Positions 26,208 through 38,125 of a stretch of DNA of 64,000 nucleotides are shown in pieces; positions within the stretch are counted from its first letter, which is position 1, and each line of letters opens with the position of its first letter. Location: NCBI RefSeq assembly GCF_009914755.1, contig NC_060925.1; one strand, given 5' to 3'. The DNA comes from the human T2T-CHM13v2.0 reference genome, Homo sapiens. The translations under genes were made by a program, and so were the position numbers. The notes below the pieces were generated by a model. The model had not been told where the DNA came from, ran no database searches, and saw only the letters and a list, made by a program, of their open reading frames with translations.

Positions 26208-28563
26208 TGTTCCTTTCTCCCTGCATTTGATCATCATCAGCTCCTGATGTTTCTACCTCCAAAGTCTCTTTAATTCACCCTCACCTTGCCAGCTCTATCC
26301 TCTCACACCTGGACTATTGCAGTAGCCTCTTCATCATCACCCATGGCGCTCATCCTCTCGGCAGCACGAAGCTCCCTTGCTGAAAACCCTATGATGCAGC
26401 TCCATTTTAAAACAGCATGTAATGCCCTCTCTGCACTACAATAGCATTTTATTTAACCCTCACAGTAACCTCATAGGGAAGATATTATTATCTGTACTTT
26501 AAAGTTAGGGAAGTGGTGGCTTAGAGAGGCTTCATGACTTGCTCAGGGACACACAATGAGAGGTAGAGCTGAGTATAAAGCCAGATCGTTCCGACTTCAG
26601 AGGCCCAGCTCTTTCCACCCCAGCTGGGGGCTCACTCCTTATTATAGAAGCGCCTCCCACATTCTCCTCTCAAAACACCCTGGGCTGGAGCAAATGAGCC
26701 CATAATCTCCCTGGGAAGGAAGGCAAGTTCCTTATAGGAAATGCCTCTGAAAACTTTTCTTTGACCTCAAAATCTGTATTTGTAAACTTCTGTTTCATCT
26801 TAAGAATTGATGTGAATTTTACATTCTATGCCCTAGTTAAGTGTGTTTGTTTTTATGTGAACGTTTCTCCTGCAAATTTCTAAGTAACAAAGACACTGCA
26901 GAAAGTTGTGCCCTGTTGGGTTTCAAGGTCCTGGGTGAGCTCCTGAGTACCTCGGGCAGCCTAGCAGCACCATCTGGAAGGCGTGGGCCTGTGGTATGGC
27001 ATCTGCACTCCTAGTCGGGGTTCACGAGGCCTAGGTGGCCTTGCTGGCTTCATCACTAACTATGTCCCCGTGCTCTGACATTCCTCCACGCCAGGTGTCT
27101 TCTTGCCAACATGACCTACAGTAGGTGTCTCCTATAAGCCCCAGGAACTCATGCCTGGGTCTCTGGCCTTGGCCTTCTCTCTGCCCTTCTTCCCCTCCGG
27201 CTTACACCCACCATGGCCTACCATCTCCACCTGCAAACTGTGAATTGCCTTCCAAACCTTCTGACATGTCACTTCTCCCAGCAGGCATCCTCACTCATCC
27301 TCACTACCAGCTGTCTGGGAGTCACCTTGTCATCTTAATCACACCCCCCACAGCACTCATGTCACTCCGGGACAGTCACTTATGGATGTCTCACTCTACT
27401 GACCTCAAGTGCTCTGAGGGCTGTATCTCCAGCTCTAGCCTGACAACTCAATGGATATTTATGGACTCAAATTATTTTCATTTTATAGAGAGGAAATGGA
27501 AGCTCAGAATAGTCATATGTCTTGCCAAGGGGTCCACTTGAGAGAACCAGGGCAGGATTCAAATCCAGGCCAGTCTGACCACAGGTACCACACCTGTGAC
27601 CTCCAGACTTCTGATCAGTGCACATGCCCCATAAACATGGGGGACCGACATGGATTGCTACCCATTTATTCTTTTGCCAAGAAAGGGTGTTATAAAAAAA
27701 ATGCAAGCAGACAAGCCACTGTCTACTAACAGCACCATGTCATAACAGCGACACAGTCAGAAGGACCTGATTTAACCACAATATAGTAGGAAGGACACCA
27801 TTTGAAGAATAAAGGATACTCCTTCCCCAGATAGGACAGGTGCTAAGCATGCACAGACACGGGCTGTGGGCTGATGGACACTTCCTGGTGACTAAGCATT
27901 TGGCAGTCGCTGCACTGTGCTTGTGGAGGATTATTGATCAATATCACCACCAAGGTCAAACAGCATTCCTCAGCACTCCAGGAGGACAGCAAGAGCAGGC
28001 ACGCCTGTGCTTCAGGAGCCAACTACACCGCCCATGTAATAAAGCCACACTTCTTGACCAAGCACTAAGAGAGGGACACCTCTCTGCTTTTCCTTTCCCG
28101 AGACAGTGAGGGCTGGAGGAGAAGCAGAACAAGAGCCAGTGAGGGTCGGGGGAACCCTAAGATCAGGGCTGTGAGGCCTGAGGATGCCTAGCTGGGCTCT
28201 TCTCCCTGAGCAGCCGCTAGAGGTAGCTGCTGCCTCTTTCTCTCTGGGACAACCCCTCGCTGGGGCCTGGAGCACTTCTTTCCAGAGCAGCTGCAGAGGG
28301 CATCCCATGAGGGCGGCGGATGCTTCCACATAAGGGAAGCTTCCAGTCCCCCACCCTCATTTGCCCATTTCCTCAATTCAGAACCATTGCTGCGATGATC
28401 CTTTCCCCTCTCCTAAAAGGCCCATGTTGATGAGATGTGGCAGAATGATGACACAAGCTGAGCCCCTCCCCATGCCAATCCCAGGGCTTCCAAACTCCAC
28501 ATCAGACTGACGTTAAAACCACGCCACTGCTTCCAGGCAGCCTTCCATGGTCTTCCCCACCTC

Positions 28564-28762
28564 CTTGCAGAATTCAGACTTTTCTACCTGGTGTCTCAAG
28601 GAACCTTGAACGCAATGTGCTTACATGAATGTCATTGCCCCTTTCTGTCATGAAGCCCCTGCTTTCTCCTTTTTTCCCTGTCTTGCTTGGCTCATGGAAT
28701 CACTAATCCATTGTCCCTTCATTTGCAAAGCTGGAAACCTGGCCATCAACCTAAACTGCTCC
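28564..28762 (+). repeat. Copy 2 of the 199-bp local direct duplication
   Basis: See 26009-26207. Confidence 0.9.
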
Positions 28763-29447
28763 CTTCTCCCACTCCCTTCTTCCCTCTCCCTCCTCCCTGC
28801 CTCCTCCCAGCCCCCTCTCCTTCCCTGCAGCATGGGCTGTCTGTGAGCCCCTCCTCTAGACCCTACCCCTAAGTCCTGCCCCACCAGACCACACTGTATT
28901 GCAATCACTTAGGGGCCTATCTGCCTGCCTCTTGAGACAGAGGGTCCTGAGGCCTGTACAGTGCCTGCCACACACTCAACACATTCTTGCCGAACCTTCG
29001 TACCTAGGGGTCTACGTCTATTCATCTTTTTGATTGGGAGATGTCAGCAACTCGTACAGGTTTGATATTTCACTTGGGTGAATGCCTGGCACCTCCCACC
29101 AATGAAGATTGGACTAGACCATCACTTCTCAAACCCTTCCTCGTTAGGATCTCCAGGGCTCAGGTACAGGACTGGAGTTTTTAGATACTCCACGAGGGAT
29201 TTGGTTAGTTAGCTGGATTGACAGACCACTGACTGCATGCTCTAAGGTAGCTTTCTACCTCTGGCATTCTGTGGTTCCAGAGCTGGAGTGCTGTTAAACC
29301 CATTCCATAACTAATTAACTGAGACGATGAGCAATCCTGTCCCACCCACATCCCTGCCCACACCCAAGATGTTCTTCTCTGGAAGCTCCCGAGACCCTCC
29401 CCAATCCAGGGGCGGTCTCAGCAGGTCCTGCCGCCACAGCCACTCAC

Positions 29448-29573
29448 CCTCGACAGAGCCCTACTGGCCAGCATCTCAAACGCTTGCACCACATTGATGT
29501 CATTCTTGGCACTGACTTCAAAGTAAGGAATATCTTTCTCTCTACACCAGCCTTGAGCTACTTCCTGGGGTAC
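29448..29573 (-). CDS. RAB7B: RAB7B exon 5 (VPQEVAQGWCREKDIPYFEVSAKNDINVVQAFEMLASRALSR; G5 box EVSAK)
   Basis: AG at 29574-29575, donor AGG|GTGAGT; 126 nt, phase 0-0. Confidence 0.97.
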
Positions 29574-29641
29574 CTGAATGAGGGAAAGAAATAGGCGTGG
29601 TGTCTGTATTATCATCGCCATCACCACCATTGCCACCATCA

Positions 29642-29833
29642 CATCCCCACCATCCCCACCAGGCCCACCAGGCCCACCATCCCCACCAGGCCCACCAGGC
29701 CCACCATCCCCACCATCCCCACCAGGCCCACCATCCCCACCAGGCCCACCAGGCCCACCATCCCCATCAGGCCCACCAGGCCCACCATCCCCACCAGGCC
29801 CACCAGGCCCACCATCCCCACCAGGCCCACCAC
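29642..29833. repeat. 9-bp VNTR of mixed CCACCAGGC / CCACCATCC units (~21 copies)
   Basis: Directly visible; translates as PPG/PPS repeats on +. Confidence 0.92.
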
Positions 29834-31899
29834 CACTCCCATTTATTGAGAACCTCCCAAGTGTTTCTAACTTTACATATAAATGTAGGAGGTGGGAACT
29901 GTTAGCTCCATTTCACAGATGAAAAAACGGAGGCCTGGAGAAAAAAAACTTGCCCAGAGTATGTGAGGCTGAGCAGGATTTGAACACAGGCCTGGCGGAA
30001 TTACAGCCCACTGCACTTTGTTGCCTTCCTAAGGCCTAAACTAAGAGCTTCTGCCAACATTGCCTCTTTTGTCAGTCCCTTCAAAGAGAGCTGCACATGA
30101 GAGACACCAGCCAGGAATGGCAGGAAGGGAGGACTTTCTTCCCCAGCCCAGCTAAGCAGGCTCACACTCAGGAGGCCTGTTGCTGGGCAGAGACTCGGGT
30201 CTCAGCTGACCTTGCTTCCCCAGGGCAGGGTCCTAGGAACAATTAATAAGCTCCTACTATGGGCCAGTTGCTGTGTTAGTCACTTTATCATATATGAACT
30301 CATCTCATCCTCTCCATGACCCTGTGAGATAGGCATTATCAGTTCCACTTTATAGACAAAAACACTGAGGTTCAGAGAGGTTCAGCAACTTGCCCCAGAT
30401 CACATAGCTGAGAGAAGGCAGAGCTTGGATGTAGCCCCAGCTCAGTGCTCCCCCTGGCATCTGAGCTGCCCTCTACAGGGCACTGCATAAGAACCATGCC
30501 TCTCCTTTTCTGTCTCCCTTCGGGAGCTCAGGGTCAGGAGCTCAGCTCCTGGTCTGGCACACATGAGCCACCAGGCACAGGCTGAATGACTACATCTCCA
30601 CCCAAGTGCAAACGGCGTTCAATTTGTGATGTTGGCTTGGAAATGCTCTGGAAGCCCTCTGGGTTACTTCCAAAGACAATTGGTACCCCTGAGTTTGATG
30701 TCTAATTATTTGGGGAAGGGGAAATGACCACATACTGAGCATTTGCTGAGCCTGGTACTTTATAATCATTATTTCAGTTTATTTAGGGGAGCCAAGGTCT
30801 TTCTCATGGAGAAAGGACCATTCCACCCCTCTCCCAGAACACAGTGCAGGCCGAGGCAAATCAAACACTGCCCCTGTTTAATTGTCTCTGTGGCTCCTGC
30901 AGGTCCTGGGAATGTCTGTCTTACTGGGATAAAAAGTCCCAGCTGATCTCAGCAGACCCTTTCCTCTGACTTACCATGACCAGATCTACCCAAGTGCCCG
31001 GTTATGACAGACTTTTTAATCTCATTTTTCCCTGCTCTCTGTTTGGTTTGGAATGATTGCATACAGACTCTGAAATATCATTGTGATTATGTTGCAAATT
31101 AACATTCTTTTTATATCTCCCCCTCCTCCCCACCCCAACCTCAGAAAGCTGGCCTGGGAAGAAAGCTACCCAGACAGTATTTTTCACTTTTCTCTTCCAA
31201 TCCCAGAGACAGTTTCATGATTTTTAAAATTGTCTCATCTTTTGTTTATAAAATGAAAATTATTTATAACTTAGGCTCTGACTCTGAAAATAAGCTCAGG
31301 GTGTGATAGTTGGGGACATGGGAAGTATGATAATTCTGAAAGTGTTACTTGCATTAATGTTGCTTTTGGTCAACAATATACTACTGACATTTCACTTTTC
31401 TGGTTGCAATTTTACTTGTTCATTGGAGGCCAAACATTTGACAAAATTAGTCCAGTTGGCATCATTTTATTTATGATGCTTTTCCATCTCATGTGCTTTT
31501 AAAATAATCAATTATACAAGTGCTAAAATTAGTATTACTAACGTTAATTACTAAACCATTAAACCATCACTAAGAATAACAAAGGATATTTTTAGAAAAC
31601 ATGATCTTAAGTCTACGGAATCACTGGCAAATCAGAAATTACCCACCTGAGCACAGAGCAAATAATTCATGCCCCAGTGAATAAATTCCTTGTAGCATAG
31701 ATGCCAGCAAAGCTATTCTTTCTAATAAACTATTTTTTTTCAATATTACCTTCTGTAGAAGGAACAGGGATTTTTTTTTAAACTAAATCAGTAATTTCTT
31801 TAAAATTATTCTGGCTATATATGCCTGTTTTTACTGTGGTAAATATACCTAATAAAATTTACCATTTTTAAATTAAACACTTTTTAAAAAAATTTTTGT

Positions 31900-32030
31900 T
31901 TTGTTTTGTTTTTGGAGAGATGGGGGTCTCACTATGCTGCCCAGGTTGGTCTTGAACTCCTGACCTCAAGTGATTCTCCCACCTCAGCCTCCCATAGTGC
32001 TGGGATTACAGATAAAATGTACCTGGCTCA
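31900..32030 (-). mobile_element. Alu left-monomer fragment
   Basis: gagatgggggtctcactatgctgcccagg...gtgctgggattacag. Confidence 0.8.
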
Positions 32031-32218
32031 TTGTAACCATTTTTAAGCATACAGTTCATGGGCATTCGGTACATTCATATTGTATTCACATTGTACATTC
32101 CTTGCTATTCATCTTCAGAATTTTCTCACCTTCCTAAACTAGCAATATATATTATAAATATGTGTGTATATATATGTATGTATATGTGTGTATATATGAT
32201 GTATGTATGTGTGTGTGG

Positions 32219-32516
32219 GTTTTTTTTTTTTTTTTTTCAGTGTCTTGCTCTGTCGCCCAGGCTGGAGCACAGTGGTGTGATCTTGGCTCACTGCAGCCTC
32301 TCCCTCCCGTGTTCAAGCGATCCTCCCAGCTCAGCCTTCCGAGTAGTTCAGACTACAGGTGTGCCACCACACCTGGCTAATTAAAAAAAATTTTTTTCTT
32401 TTGTAGAGATGGGGTCTTGACATGTTGCCCAGGATGGTCTCGAACTCCTGGGCTCAAGCTATCCCCCGACTTTGGTCTCCCAAGGTGTTGGGATTACAGG
32501 CGTGAGCCACTGGGCC
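32219..32516 (-). mobile_element. AluJ
   Basis: T-tail then tcttgctctgtcgcccaggctgg...gcgtgagccactggg. Confidence 0.9.
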
Positions 32517-32815
32517 AAACTGCAGTACATTTTTATATACTCATTTTCTTCTTATTAGGTAGGAGAAGCTGCTGTATTTTCCCAGCTGTCCCTTGGAGAT
32601 AATAATAAGGAGGATCATTTCCTTGTTCCATTATTTCCATTATGGAAATCACATCCTTCCTATTATTACTCAGTCTCAGGAAGTCTGTGTTCTGGTCTCC
32701 GCCCCGCAGAGGAGGGAACCGGTCCAGGCTGCGGAGGCACATGGACCAGGTGGGCGGCTGTGAGTCCACATCTGCGGGACGGGCTCCGAGGAGAAGGCGC
32801 CTCACAAGAACGTAC

Positions 32816-32938
32816 CTCTTGGCTCCCCTTCTCCATGTCCACACCCGGCCAGGGGCAGGCAGAGCCCTTGCTAGGTCTGTGCAGAGTAAGGACATTTGAG
32901 GGCCGGCACTTCCCAGCCTCCCCTCTTGGGGCTTTATA
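32816..32938 (-). promoter_or_regulatory. Candidate intronic promoter/alternative first exon of RAB7B (TATAAA 32938-32933; ATG 32836; donor GAG|GTACGT)
   Basis: TATA, strong Kozak GGACATGG, 21-nt ORF MEKGSQE, phase-0 donor; local CpG enrichment at 32700-32910. Confidence 0.4.
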
Positions 32939-34766
32939 ATCCCAGGTCTCAGAATTAAAGCCCTTCTGCTCTCTCCCACACACCTCATCCTCTCCACGTC
33001 CTGTCCTGATTTCACTGTCGCTCAGTGCCTCCTCCCCTCCCCTATCCTATTCCACCTCCCTACAAACCCCTTCCCTGGGCCTACCTTGTTGAGAGACAGG
33101 CTCCCCTCTCCTCCATCCTCTCCTCCATCCTCTCCTCACCCCTCCTCCATCCTCTCCAGGGACCTCCCTGTCTGGCTGAACCCTGGCTTTTCCTAGAGTC
33201 ACGCTTCCCCAGCGCCCCCTCTTGCCTTCCCCACTGGGGCTATTTGCAGACTTTACTCACCACAGATCCCAGAGAGGGGGCTGGCTTGCCTGGTGCCTCA
33301 TTGCCTCTTTCAAACCTTTGTTCTTCCTCTCTCTGGACACCAAAGATCACCCACCCTGGGGCTTGGATTGGACCCCCTCTACTCCCGCGAGTCACCACCC
33401 GCCCTCCTCACCTTGCCAGGTGCCCCTCATTCACTAAACACTTGCCATCTGGTGAGGCCTCCTAACCCCTCTATACGCAGCCGCCACCTCTCATGGTAGC
33501 CTCAGAAATCCTTTGCTGCCCTCAATCTCTCCATGTCAGCCTCTTCCTCTCAGGGCCTCTGTAAAATAAGAAACCTGGTCTCCTGTGCCCCGATCTCCTT
33601 TCCCTCAACCCCCTCAGGCCCTTCCTCCTGCTGCCCTGCTCCCCAGCCTCCGCCACCCCAGCCCTGGCCCTTCTGCCTCCCCTGGTCCCTCTTCTTTCCT
33701 TCGTGGTTTCTTGGTGCCCTCGCAGCTCTGTCCTTCATCTTCTCTTGGTTGGAAAAGCCCTAGTCCAAGTTCCTTGCTCCTGGCTGGTACCCTACGGAGA
33801 CCCCACCTCAAACTCCCAGTCTCCTCCTTCAGCGGAGTCCTTGGTGTCACCCATCAGAACTTGTCCTTGTCCCCAAGTAGCTCCTCCTCCCACTTCTCCC
33901 AAGAGTAACTGGCAAAGCTTCCTCATGTTTCTTAAGCCTCGTATTGGTTTCCTCCCTCTCAACAGAAGATGGCACCACTTATTTCACTGACTCTCGGTCT
34001 TGAACTCCCCCAGCTTCCCTCCCCACACCCTACAGACATGAAACAAGATGGAAGTTAAAATGAAAGTTTTGGCAGAGGCGCAACAACTGGACAGATGTCA
34101 GATATAAAGCAGGTGGAGACAGTCTACCCTGGATACATATTCCCAAAGGCTCATGATCAAGACTCTCTTGGATGACTCTAAATCCCACAGCGTGGATATA
34201 AAGCGCTTGAAAATGAGGATTAGGAGGGATTTCCTTGGAGAGAGTTGTGTTGTGGGCACAACTACCCTTGCCTCTCCCAAGAGGAGGAACAGTTAAGGAC
34301 TCATCTCTAGCTAAAAGATGGTATTGAGGAGAGTCGTTAATGTACAACCCCTGGAGTTTGGTGGACATGGTGGACTGGTGTCTGACACACACCTGAGGTA
34401 TCTGAGGCAACAGTCAACGGGGCAGAGAGAGAAGAGGCTGCACTGGGCACCAGCTACCCTTGTCCCCCAGTGGAGCCAGAATGCATGAGTGTGCCTTGTG
34501 AAGGACATGTGGATTCAACAGAGAGAGAGAGAGAGAGCAACAGGCTGGGGCTGGCTAAATCCCACTTAAAGACTGCTTGGAGGAAAAGGTGACCCCCATG
34601 GGGTGGGGATGCTGAAAGCCAGGGGTTGAGGAGGAGAATGCAAGACCCTTGTCATGGGAGGTACAGCGAAATGTTCCCAGTGGAGGCTTCCGAAGGACCC
34701 ACAGGAGTGACCCACAGAAGAAAGGGCTTGCAACACCTCTCAGGCCAGAGAGTGCAAGACTGTCTT

Positions 34767-35060
<294 letters not shown>

Positions 35061-36099
35061 AAGACTGTCTTATGATAGTACAAGCCAAATTAGAATTGCT
35101 CTGCTCTCCTGACCTCTTCTCCCTCTTCCTGCTTCACTCCTGACAGGGTCTGAAACCAGAATTACTATCCCAGATAAGAGGAGGAAGTGTGGACCTCAAG
35201 GTTGGCAGTGAGATTCTAAGGACCTATTCCCTCTCTTAGACCACAAGGTTCTCACCCACAGCTGGTCCCAGTGGGGGAAAAAATGGAGACACCTTGCCTT
35301 TGAATGAACTTAGGACTTTGCTTATTATCTGAGGCTGGATATTTGTAATTAGAGAATTGACATGGAGTTTACAACCTGAAGTGACCACAGAACCGATGAC
35401 TCGTAGATCTCTATTTCCAGCACAGACTTCTCCTTTGAAATTTCATTCTTACGCATTCCAAAGCCTGCTGGCCATTTCCAACTAGCTGTACAAGCTCCTC
35501 AAACTCGCCATGTCCAAACCAAAAATGTGTCTTTATGAACCAGAGGCTCTCTTCTGTAGATGTTAGCTCAGTTGGAAGCACCATCCCTCTCTCCCTTTCT
35601 CCTTCCATAAACACACTTTATCATGCCAAATGATGCCTCATTTCCATTGCTTTTCTCTATTTGAACCATTGTGAAAATGCAATTCAGACATGATGATCCA
35701 GTTCCCCATCACACTAAAAAGAGAAACTTGGTTTAAACAGCTCTTTTTGGTGGCATCTGGACTTTTGGCCCAAGAGCATCTTTTACAAATTCAGTCTACC
35801 GTATTCTTTCCTCATTAGTAGGCAAGGATTAGAAGTGCTGTCTTCTCAATGCCGTGTAATGGTAAACGCCTACACAAGTGGGGTCACTGTAGTCATGGAG
35901 CAGACCAACTGTCAAGTGGTTAACCCGATGGTCCGGAATATGCTTAAGCTAATACAAAAATTATTACTTCCCCAGAAAACTTGTATATCCAAGAATTTAT
36001 AACTGCAGACCTCCAACTTGACCCCAGGCAGAAATGCTGTGCCACAGATTAATTCAAATTCCACTGTGACCTCCCTCCTGCCTACATCTGATGCCTTAA

Positions 36100-36462
36100 C
36101 TCCTCCTTTCCCTGTCTCTGGACAAAATTACCTTTAGTTCTCAGCTTATATCATGCTGTTTATTCAGCCCAGAACCCAGCTCTTCCAGCAAACCTGTCCT
36201 ATATTCTAGGCTTGGGTAGATGCCTCTCTATTGTGGTTCCTTAATGCCCAAGGTATATCTCTATTATTTCATTTACCGTATTGTACCATAATTACCATTT
36301 TATTTTATAATTACCTTTTAAAATGTCTGTATCTACTACTAGACTGTGAAATTCCTGAAGTAAGGACTATGCCTGATTCAGCTCTGTATGTGTGGGACCT
36401 AACACTGTGCCTGGCACATAGTGGGTGCTCATATAATGTTTGTTGAATGAATAAATGAACGA
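36100..36462 (+). mobile_element. L2 3' end abutting the RAB7B exon 4 donor
   Basis: ctgtgcctggcacatagtgggtgctcatataatgtttgttgaatgaataaatgaa. Confidence 0.65.
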
Positions 36463-36469
36463 ACAGTAC

Positions 36470-36685
36470 CTTCCGGTCTGCCAGATCGATCTTGTTCCCC
36501 AACAACACCATGGGGTAGGACTGCTCCATGGGGACAATCTTGGCCAGGACATCACCCCGCCAGATATCCAGGGCTTCAAAAGACTCCAGGTCGGTGACAT
36601 CAAAAGCTAGGATGCAGCCATCGGAGCCCTTGTAGAACGTGGACACCATGGAGCGGAACCGCTCCTGACCGCCCGTGTCCCAGAT
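36470..36685 (-). CDS. RAB7B: RAB7B exon 4 (IWDTGGQERFRSMVSTFYKGSDGCILAFDVT...LLGNKIDLADRK; G3 and G4 boxes)
   Basis: AG at 36686-36687, donor AAG|GTACTG; 216 nt, phase 0-0. Confidence 0.97.
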
Positions 36686-37081
36686 CTGGAGGGGAAAGCA
36701 GTTGCCCCATGGGGCTGTGATGAATGGCTGGAAGGAGGCCCAGCTGGATTACATCATGTCAAGGCTTCTTTTGCTGGGTAGGGAGCAGCAGGCCCTGGTA
36801 CAGGTGCATATGGTTCTTTCACACCGTGGCACGTTGACCCTCCCACCCACATACACTCCAGCACCTTTGTGGTAACATTTAACATCCTGAGAGTAATTTC
36901 ACATCTGAGCTCTCATTTTTCCTCTGGGTCATCAAGGTGGCAATTGTTATTCCCATCTGACAGATATGGAAACTTGGACCTCGGGAATGTCTTGCCTAAG
37001 ATCACCTGCCAGGTTTTCCAGAGAACCTGAGACTAGGCGTGGGGTCTCTCAACTCCTGGATTAATGTCCTTCCTTCTAGAT

Positions 37082-37301
37082 CAGGCATCAGCATTTTTTT
37101 TTCTATAAATAACAGATAGTAAATATTTTAGGCTTTGCAGGTCATTCTGTCTCTATATGCCAATTATTACTCAACTCTGCCATTGTACTGCATAACTTGA
37201 TAAGCTAACCAATGGTTATGGCTGTGCCCCAGTGAAGTCTTATTTACAAAAATAGGAGGTGGATCAGATTTGGCCCATGAGCTGAAGTTTGCTCATCTCT
37301 G
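37082..37301 (+). mobile_element. MER58A (hAT-Charlie MITE)
   Basis: cagatagtaaatattttaggctttgc...actcaactctgccattgta; 8-bp TSD-like ttctagat/ctctagac. Confidence 0.75.
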
Positions 37302-37409
37302 CTCTAGACCATTCTAGCTCTGGTTCACATTGCTACATGAGTGGCTGTCCAGGCTTGGGGGGGATTTTCAGTGTATGTATGTTGAAGAGGGAAAAGGAGG
37401 GCTGCTCAC

Positions 37410-37536
37410 CTGTAACTTCAAAGTTGTGTCACCCAATATGATAATCTTGGAGAGGATGCTGGCCCCCAGTGTGGTCTGGTATTCCTCATAAAACGTCTTG
37501 TGCACATATTGGTGAAGGAGGGAGGTCTTTCCCACA
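37410..37536 (-). CDS. RAB7B: RAB7B exon 3 ((G)VGKTSLLHQYVHKTFYEEYQTTLGASILSKIIILGDTTLKLQ; P-loop end, switch I)
   Basis: AG at 37537-37538, donor CAG|GTGAGC; 127 nt. Confidence 0.97.
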
Positions 37537-38072
37537 CTGAGGAAAATTCCAGACACATGTGAACACACACATGCAAACACACATGCACATGCTTCCCTAC
37601 CATTCTCAGAATCTTCCCAGGCCCCTCTTGCCACTGTCTCTCCCTGAGATTCTGAATTTCAAATTTCTGTGGTCCATGGACCACACTTTGAATAGCAAGG
37701 GAGTAGGAAATGGTTTCTAGAAGTAGAAGCCAATCAAAGTGAGCAGAGTAGTCTGGAGACGGTGGAATATCTCACAGTGGTGGTCAGGTTTTTTCTGTGT
37801 GTGTAGGACATGGGAGGACAGATAGATGCTAAATGGCTTGCCTAATTCACACAGCTGGTTACTGCAGAGTCACTGCAGATCTAGGACTGGAAACCATCTG
37901 TTTACATGCAGCTTCTTTGTCCCAACTAAGCTTCTTTTCTGGGGATGGGATACAGTTGCTGGTGTCACCCTGAATCAGAAAGGGACCTATGGGAGATGGG
38001 AACACATCAGGAGGTCTCACTGTCCTTGGGTGAGGGGCTGCTTCCCAACTCCCAGAGCTGAGCTTGGCTTAC

Positions 38073-38125
38073 CCAATGGCTCCGACGATAATGAGTTTCA
38101 GGTCCACCTTCTTCCGGGGATTCAT
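38073..38125 (-). CDS. RAB7B: RAB7B exon 2 coding part (MNPRKKVDLKLIIVGAIG); the exon starts at 38141
   Basis: ATG at 38125-38123, donor TGG|GTAAGC, acceptor ttccttacag at 38142; 53 coding nt. Confidence 0.96.

Noticed and set aside
29578-29922. Collagen gene fragment or processed collagen pseudogene
   Set aside because: Gly-X-Y periodicity is broken by Ser, codons are identical 9-bp tandem units, and no collagen flanking domains are present
36311-36469. Read-through extension of the RAB7B exon 4 ORF
   Set aside because: Continues past a valid GT donor into an antisense L2 end; it would lack G5 and the CC tail, and nothing supports intron retention
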